Source: Gammaproteobacteria bacterium
Lineage (GTDB): Bacteria; Pseudomonadota; Gammaproteobacteria; Eutrophobiales; Eutrophobiaceae
Direction of reading: 5' to 3'
DNA length: 64,000 nt
NCBI GenBank assembly: GCA_965221695.1
Contig: OZ244905.1
Coordinates: forward strand, 992,001 to 1,056,000
Part shown: positions 54,101 to 63,100 of the stretch, in pieces
Numbering within the stretch: position 1 is the stretch's first letter
Layout of the letters: every line of letters starts with the position of its first letter
Made by a program: the position numbers and the translations under genes
The notes under the pieces: model-generated
Databases searched by the model: none
What the model was told of the DNA's origin: nothing
What the model saw: the letters and a program-made list of their open reading frames with translations, nothing else

Positions 54101-57100
54101 CACTGAAGGAGACTCTCCACCGCACTCTATCCGAGTTGGTGACCGACTCGGTCGGCTTGCTCCGCTCGATCGATTTCAAGACGGGCACGGACGCGACCTC
54201 TACCGACGCGGCGATGCCGTTGTAGCCACCGCCGCTGGCGCTCAGGGCCACTGTGCCATTGCCGCCAAACGGCCGACGTAACTCAGCCATGTTCACGGTC
54301 ACGGTTTGGGGCGTGGCGTAGTTCGTGGTGGAGAAGCTCAGGATGACCGGGCTCACGGTCACGTCCGACTCGTTGCTGGCCACCGCCACCGTAACCGGGC
54401 CGCTGGGCGCGGTCGCCAACTTCACGGTGAAGGTATCGCTGCCGCCTCCGGGCACCCGGAGGCTGGTCTCCGACACATCAAGACCCGCGCCCGCCACGGC
54501 GATGGTGATCTTGAACGTGAGGCTCGCCGTGTCGCCGTCCGCGTCGGTGACGGTGTAGGTGTACTCCGTCGCCGTCTGCGGGGTGGTCGGGGTGCCGGTT
54601 AAGGTACGGGCAGTGGCATCAAACGCCAGACCCGCCGGCGGTGTTGGCGTTAAGGTATACGTCAGTGGGGCGTTGCCACCGTCCGCCTCCGGCAGGTTAA
54701 GCGTCGGTATCGCGGTGTTCTGCGTGTAGGTCTGGTCGGTAATCGTCTTGCCGTCAAAGCTCGGCAGCGCGTTCAATATCACCAATACAGTAGCCGTGCG
54801 GTTGGAGTAGTCGCCACCGCCGGCGGTCAGGGTGATGGTGGCATTGCCGTCAGTCGGGTTGGCCGCCATATTCACGGTAACCGTCTGTGCGGTACTGTAG
54901 TTCGTGGTGGTGAAGGTCAGCGACGTCGGGTTGACCGTCACGTCAGTATCATCACTGGTGAGTCTGACCGTCACCGTAGCGGTCGGTTCGGTGGCCAGGC
55001 TGACATCAAACGTGCCGCTACTGCCCTCGTTGACCGTCAGACTGCTCGGCGTTACCCGCAACCCAGCAAGCCCAATGCTTGTCTCAGCAGCCGGCCCGTT
55101 GCCGCTGCCGTTCACCGCACGCACGGCAAACGTGTAACTCGCGCCGTCCGGTAAACCCGTCACCGTGTGACCGGTCGTGGTCGCATCGCTGTCAGTGATG
55201 GGTAGCCAGTTGCCATAGCTGCCGTTATCCTGCTTGTAACGTACCTCCCACCTGCTCGCAACCGCTATCGCATCCCAGGTCAGGTCTACCTCGCCCGCAT
55301 TCGCCCCCAGCTCCGCGTTAAGGTTCGTCGGCGCCGTCAAGGGCACTTCAGAGTCCACCACCTCAATGTCAAACGTCCTCGTGTCCTCGTCCGCCGCGCC
55401 CGTCTCGCCGTCCGAGTCGGACACGGTCAAGGTGTAGGTCTGGGCCGCGGTCACCCGCACCGGCGTGCCGGTGAAGCGCGGCGCGCTGTTCTGGCCCGGA
55501 TCGACGCCGGCGTCGTCCGGACCGTCGCCGTCATAGGCCAGGCCCGCGGGCAGCGCCGACGGCGACAACGTGTACGTCAACTTGTCGTCGCCCGTGTTCG
55601 ACCACAGGAACTCCCGGTCCTCCGTCTCGCCCACCCTAAACGTCTGGGGCGCCACGGTGATGGAGCTGAACACCGGCTTGCTGTTCACCACCGACCCCTC
55701 GAACGTCAGCGTCGCTGTGTAGGTCTCCGCCGACTCCATACGGCTCGAACTCGTGCCTATCACGTCAATCACCTTGAACGTGAAACTCGTCGTGAAACCA
55801 TCGTCGCCCTCAGGCGGGAAGAACGCCAGCACCTTTTGTGACCGCGAGGACTGGATGTTCCACACCGACACCTCCTGGTTAATGCTCACATCTCTCACGG
55901 GCGCAGTCGACCTCGAGCCGTACGGCACCGTCTTCAATGCGCCCGTATCCGGCAACGACAGCACCTTCACACCGTAGAAGAGCGCCTCACTACGTGTGTC
56001 CGCCACCTTGAACGGGAACACGTTGTCGCTGTCGCGCGACGCCGGCAGCTTGGTGTGCGGCTTGGTCACAATCACAGCTATATTGTCGCTCGACGGGGTG
56101 GTGGTCTGCGGTGGCGGCGCCGGCGTGGCCGCGGCGGTGGCCGCCTCGCCGTTGCCGGCGGTGTTGGTGGCGCGCACTTCGAAGGTGTAGCCGGTACCGT
56201 TGGTCAGGCCCGTCGCCGTGTAGGTGGTGGCCGTGCCGTCGTTGAGGTTGGTCCAGGTGTCGGTACTGTCGTAGAACGGCAGGTCGGCCGTGGCCTTCCA
56301 GCGCACCTGCACGTCGCCAATCACGCTGGCATTGGTCGGCAGCGTCCAGTTGAGCGTGACCTGGGCGTTGCCGGCGGTGGCCGTCAGGTTGGTCGGTGCG
56401 TTCGGTACCGCCAGCTTCGGCTGGGCGCCCACGGCCACCGAGTCGCTGCTGCCGGCGGCGTTGGTGGCGCGCACCTCAAACTCGTAGCTCACGCCGTTGT
56501 CAAGACCGGTCACGGTGCGGGTCGTGGCATCCTTGGCCAGCAGGGTCCATTGGCTCCAGCTCGTGTCCGTCTTCTTCTTGTGGCGCACGTCGATGGTATC
56601 GACCGTGCCCTTGTCCGGCAGGTCCCAGGTCAGGGTCACTTGGGTGTCGCCGGCGCTGGCCTGCAGGTTGCTCGGCGCAGACGGCTTCGCCAACTCCGGC
56701 GTGCCCTCGACGCTGGCCGACGGACCCGTGCCCACGGCGTTCACCGCGCGCACCTCGAATACGTAGTCGGTGCCGTTCACCAGACCCGTCACCCGCTCCC
56801 GCTCCGCCGTGCCCGCCAGTGAGCGCCACTCGCTCCATCCAGTGTCGGGGGCGGTCTTCACCTTGTAACGCAGCTCCACGCGGTCAATCTGGTTGGTGTT
56901 CGTCGGCAAGGTCCACAGCACCACCACCTCGGTGTCGCCGGATACTGTGCTCAGCTTGGTCGGCGCACCCGGCGCCGTGGTCGGGGTCGCCGATATGGCC
57001 GCGGACGCACCGGCGCCGGACGCATTCTCCGCCCGTACCTCAAAGTTATACAGCTCGCCGTTGGTCAGGCCGGTCACCGTGTAGGTCGTGGCGTTCGCGG

Positions 57101-60100
57101 CCAGGTCCACCCAGGCCTGCCAGTCTTTCGCCGTGTCCGCCTTGTGGCGCACCTGCACCTTGGTCAGCGCGCCGGAGTCGGTCGGCAGGGTCCAGGTCAG
57201 GACAACCTGGGTGTCGCCGGGGGCCGCCGCCAGGCCGGTCGGCGCAGTCGGCACCGCCACCGGCGTCGCATCCACCTCCGCCACCGCGCCGCGGCCCGCG
57301 CCGTTCAGCGCGCGCACGATGAACGTGTACTCGGCGCCGTTGGTCAGGCCGGTCACTTCGTGGCTGGTCGCGTCCTTGGCCAGGTCAACCCAGGGCTGGA
57401 AGTTCGTTGCGCTCTTGACCTTGTACGCCACCTGCATCCTGTCAATCTCGCTGGTGTTGGTGGGCAGGTCCCAGGTCAGACCGACCTTGCCGTCGCCCGG
57501 CGCCGCGGTCAGGTTGCCGGGGGCGTCGGGTACCGCCAGCTTCGGCGTCGCCGTCACCGCCGAGGCCGCGCCGGCGCCGTCGGCGTTCACCGCGCGAATC
57601 TCAAAGGCGTGCAGGGTGTCGTTGGCCAGGCCGGTCACCGTGTGACCGGTGGTGCCGGCGTTGCTGCCGGCGATGTCGGTCCAAGGCTCGCTGTCAGGCA
57701 CGCTGGCGCCTTCAATGTAGCGGACCTGGTACTTGGTGATGCTGTTGTCCCGCGCATGGGTCCACGTCAACGTCACCTTGGTGTCGCCGGCCGTCGCCGC
57801 CAGGTCAGCGGGCGCGGACGGTACCTTGCCCGGCCCCGCCTCGGGCGTCGCGTCCACCTTCGCCTCGGCGCCGCGGCCGGCGCCGTTCAGCGCACGCACG
57901 ATGAACGTGTACTCGGTGCCGTTGGTCAGGCCGGTGACGTCGTAACTGGTCGCATCCTTGGCCAGGTCAACCCAGGGCTGGAAGTTCGCAGCGCTCTTGA
58001 CCTTGTACGCCACCTGCATCTTGTCAATCTCGCTGGTGTTGGTCGGCAGGTCCCAGGTCAGGGCCACCGAGCCGTCGCCCGCGGCGGCGGTCAGGTTGCC
58101 GGGGGCGTCGGGCGCCGCCAGCTTCGGCTGGGCGGCCACCGATACCGAGTCACTGCTGCCGGCGGCGTTGGTGGCGCGGACCTCAAACTCGTAGGTCACG
58201 CCGTTGTCGAGACCGGTCTCGGTGTGGGTCGTGGCGTCCTTGGCCAGCAGGGTCCAGACGCTCCAGGCCGAGTCCGCCCTCTTCTTGTGGCGCACGTCGA
58301 TGGTGTCCACCGTGCCCTTGTCCGGCAGGTCCCAGGTCAGGGTCACCGTTGTGTCGCCGCCAGCGGCCTGCAGGTTGCTCGGCGCAGACGGCTTCACCAA
58401 TTCCGGCGTGCCCTCGACACTGGCCGACGGGCCCGTGCCCGCGGTGTTCTTGGCGCGGACTTCGAATACGTAGTCGGTGCCGTTCACCAGACCCGTCACC
58501 CGGTAACGCTCGGCCGTGCCGGCCAGGGAGCTCCATTCGCTCCAGCCGGTGTCGGGGGCCGTCTTCACCTTGTAGCGCAGCTCGACGCTGTCAATCCGAC
58601 TGGTGTTCGTCGGCAAGGTCCACAGCACCACCACCTCGGTATTGCCCGGCACCGTGCTCAGCTTGGTTGGCGCGCCCGGCGTCACCAGCGGCGGCGCCCG
58701 CGGCGTCGCCGCACCGGAGGCTGGCTCGCCGTTGCCGGCCTTGTTGGTGGCGCGCACTTCGAAGGTGTAACCGGTGCCGTTGGTCAGGCCGGTGGCGGTG
58801 TAGGCGGTGGCGTCGGAGGACGGCAGGTCGGTCCATTTGTCGCGGGCGTCGTCGAACGGCAGGTCCGCCGTGGCCTTCCAGCGCACCTGCACGGTGACAA
58901 TCTCGCTGGTGTTGGTGGGCAGCTTCCAACTCAGCGCCACTTCGGTGTCGCCCGCCGTGGCGCTGAACTCGGTCGGCTTACCGGGAACCGCCAGCTCCGG
59001 CCTTGCGGCCGTCCGCGCCGCCGGGCCGGCGCCGGACGCGCTCTCCGCGCGCACTTCAAAGAGGTAGTCCTGACCGTTGTTCAGGTTGGTCACGGTGTGC
59101 GTGGTCACGTCCGCCGCCAGGTCGGTCCAGGGCTCCCAGGTCGTCTCGCCCCGGGCCTGGTGGCGCACCTGCACCTTGTCCAGCACGCTGGCGTTCGTCG
59201 GCAGGTCCCAACTCAGGCTCACCGAGCGGTCGCCCGCAGTGGCCGTCAGGTTGTCCGGGGCGTCGGGAATCACCAGCTTCGGCGTTCCGACCACCCTCGC
59301 CGCCGGGCCGGCGCCGGCCTTGTTCTCCGCGCGCACTTCAAAGAGGTAGTCCTGGCCGTTCTTCAGGTTTGTTACTGTGTGTTCCGTCGCATCCGCGGCT
59401 AGGTCGGTCCAGGTCTCCCAGGTCGTTTCGCCCCTGGCCTGGTGGCGCACCTGCACCTTGTCAATCTCGCTGGCGTTCGTCGGCAGGTCCCAACTCAGAC
59501 TCACCGAGCGGTCGCCCGCAGTGGCCGTCAGGTTGCCCGGCGCGTCCGGAACCGCCAGTTGGGGGGTTGCCTTGACCGTGTCCGAGGGCTCGCCCTGAAG
59601 CGCCTGCTTCGGCGTTCCGGCCACCGCGCGGATCTGGAAGGTGTACTCCGTGCCGTTGACCAGGTTCTCCACCGTGTGGCTGGTGGTCGTGGCGCCGCTG
59701 CCGGGAATGTCCTCCCAGGGATCAAAACCGTATTGGTAGAGAACCTGGTACTTGAAGATGCTGTCGTCCCTGGGGTCTTCCCAAATCAGGGTGACCTTGG
59801 TGTCGCCGGCTATGGCGACCAGGTTCCTGGGCTTGGCCGGCGGCCCGGCCGCTTCCGTGACGGTGATGTTGAACTTGAAGCTCGCCGTGTCGCCGTCGGC
59901 GTCGGTGACGGTGTAGGTGTAGGCCGTCGCATCCTGGACCGCGCTCGGGGTGCCGGTGAGGGTGCGGTTGGTGGCGTCGAAATTCAGGCCCGCGGGGGCG
60001 GCCGGAGTCAAGCTGTAGGTCAGCGTGCCGTTGCCGCCGGTGGCTTCAGGCAGGGTCAGCGTGGCGATAGCCGTGTTCCGGATGTAGTTCTGGTCGTCGA

Positions 60101-63100
60101 TGGTCTCGGTGCCGAAGCTGGGCGTCGTGTCGACCCGCGGCGTCGCCGTCACTGTGGCGGAGGCGTCGCTGTTGCCGCGGGCATTTACAGCCCGAATCTC
60201 GAACGCGTATTCGGTGGCGTTGGTGAGGCCGGTGACCGTGTGTGTGGTGGTGCCGGCGCCGCTGTCGCTGATGTCCGCCCAGGTGGCGGTGGCGGGCACG
60301 GTGGAACCCGCGCCGTAGCGCACCTGGTACTTGGTGATGTTGCTGTCGTTCGGGTTGGTCCAAGCCAAGTCAACCTGGGTACTGCCAGGGGTCGCCGTCA
60401 GTCCGATTGGCGCAACCGGCACTGTGGCTGGGGTCGCGGTTTTGAAAATAACCTTTTGATTGCCGATAGCGTTCTCAATGTGGAAGTCATTGTCGTTCAG
60501 CGTGGTTAGCAGGGTACCCGAGAACGTCGCCTTGTCTCCTGTTGGGTCGTAGATGTTACCGGTGAGATTGGCCTTGTCTATGAATAGCAACTTATAGTAA
60601 CTATTAAGCCGGATGTTAAATTCGGTGCTGTAGTTATTCAGGAATTCGAGTGCTGAATAACCGGAGTAAGAGCTCAATCCAGTTGTCACGAAGGCCGGGA
60701 GCGAACGGTACTCGCGAAGCGGTGTGGGATCCTCGAACGGAACAGAAACTTGCCACTTCTCAAATTCATCATTTATTAGGATAAGTGTTCCTGCTCCCCC
60801 AATCCTCTGCCTTGTTGTATCCCCTCTATCACTGAAGCCCGACACGTCCAAGCTGCCCGAGGCCGCAACGGTCACGGTGCTGCCGTCATCCGAGAAAGTG
60901 AGGGTCAGTGTGCGCGCCGGGGTCGGCGCCATCGGCGTGGCCGCGGCGGTGGCCGCCTCGCCGTTGCCGGCGGTGTTGGTGGCGCGCACGGCAAACGTGT
61001 AGCCGGTGCCGTTGGTCAGGCTGGTGGCGGTGTAAGTGGTGGCAGTGCCGGCGAGGTCGGTCCAGGCGTCGGTGGCGTCGTTGAACGGCAGGTCGGCGGT
61101 GGCCTTCCAGCGCACCTGCACGGCGCCGATCACGCTGGCGTTGGTCGGCAGGGTCCAGTTGAGCGTGACCTGGGCGTTGCCGGCGGTGGCCGTCAGGTTC
61201 GTCGGCGTGTCCGGGACCGCCAGCTTCGGCTGTGCCGTCGTATCCACGGAGTCGCTGCTGCCAGCGGCGTTGGTGGCGCGGACCTCAAACTCGTAGCTCA
61301 CGCCGTTGTCGAGGCCGGTCACGGTGCGGGTGGTGGCGTCCTTGGCCAGCAGGGTCCATTGGCTCCAGGCCGTGTCCGTCTTCTTCTTGTGGCGCACGTC
61401 GATGCTGTCGACCGTGCCCTTGTCCGGCAGGTCCCAGGTCAGGGTCACTTGGGTGTCGCCGGCGCTGGCCTGCAGGTTGCTCGGGGACGACGGCTTCGCC
61501 AGCTCCGGCGTGCCCTCGACGCTGGCCGACGGACCCGTGCCCACGGTGTTCACTGCGCGCACCTCGAACAGGTAGTCGGTGCCGTTGGTCAGACCCGTCA
61601 CCCGCTCCCGCTCCGCGGTGCCCGCCAACGAGCGCCACTCGCTCCAGCCGGTGTCGGGGGCCGTCTTCACCTTGTAACGCAGCTCCACGCGGTCAATCTG
61701 GTTGGTGTTCGTCGGCAAGGTCCACAGCACCACCACCTCGGTGTCGCCGGATACTGTGCTCAGCTTGGTCGGCGCACCCGGCGCCGTGGTCGGGGTCGCT
61801 GATATGGCCGCGGACGCACCGGCGCCAGACGCGTTCTCCGCCCGTACCTCAAAGTTGTACAGATCGCCGTTGGTCAGGCCGGTCACCGTGTAGGTCGTGG
61901 CGTTCGCGGCCAGGTCCACCCAGGCCTGCCAGTCTTTCGCCGTGTCCGCCTTGTAGCGCACCTGCACCTTGGTCAGCGCGCCGGCGTTTGCCGGCAGGGT
62001 CCAGGTCAGGACAACCTGCGTGTCGCCGGGGGCCGCCGCCAGGCCGGTCGGCGCCGACGGCACCGCCACCGGCGTCGCATCCACCTCCGCCACCGCGCCG
62101 CGGCCGGCGCCGTTCAGCGCACGCACGATAAACGTGTACTCGGCGCCGTTGGTCAGGCCGGTGACTTCGTGGCTGGTCGCGTCCTTCGCCAGGTCAACCC
62201 AGGGCTGGAAGTTCGCCGCGCTCTTGACCTTGTACGCCACCTGCATCCTGTCAATCTCGCTGGTGTTGGTCGGCAGGTCCCAGGTCAGGCCGACCTTGCC
62301 GTCGCCCGGCGCCGCGGTCAGGTTGCCGGGGGCGTCGGGCACCGCCAGCTTCGGCGTCGCCGTCACCGCAGAGGCCGCGCCGGCGCCGTCGGCGTTCACC
62401 GCGCGAATCTCAAAGGCGTGCAGGGTGTCGTTGGCCAGGCCGGTCACCGTGTGACCGGTGGTGCCGGCGTTGCTGCCGGCGATGTCGGTCCAGCTCTCGG
62501 TGCCGGGCACGGACGCGCCTTCGGCGTAGCGGAACTGGTACCTGGTGATGCTGTTGTCCCGGGACTGGGTCCACGCCAGCGTCACCTTGGTGTCGCCGGC
62601 CGTCGCCGCCAGGTCAGCGGGCGCGGACGGTACCTTGCCCGGCCCCGCCTCGGGCGTCGCGTCCACCTTCGCCTCGGCGCCGCGGCCGGCGCCGTTCAGC
62701 GCACGCACGATGAAGTTGTACTCGGTGCCGTTGGTCAGGCCGGTGACGTCGTAACTGGTCGCATCCTTCGCCAGGTCAACCCAGGGCAGGTAGTTGGCCG
62801 CGCCCGACTCCCTGTAGGCGACCTGCATCTTGTCAATCTCGCTGGTGTTGGTCGGCAGGTCCCAGGTCAGGGCCACCGAGCCGTCGCCCGCAGCGGCGGT
62901 CAGGTTGCCGGGGGCGTCCGGGACCGCCAGCTTCGGCTGGGCGTCCACCGCCACCGAGTCGCTGCTGCCGGCGGTGTTGGTGGCGCGGACCTCAAACTCG
63001 TAGGTCACGCCGTTGTCAAGACCGGTCTCAGTGTGGGTCGTGGCGTCCGCGGCCAGGTCGGTCCAGGGCGCCCAGGTCGTCTCGCCCCGGGCCTGGTGGC

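Noticed and set aside
60819-60827. RGD as a stand-alone integrin-binding claim
   Set aside because: One RGD in more than 6,000 Gly/Asp-rich residues is expected by chance; kept only as a side note.
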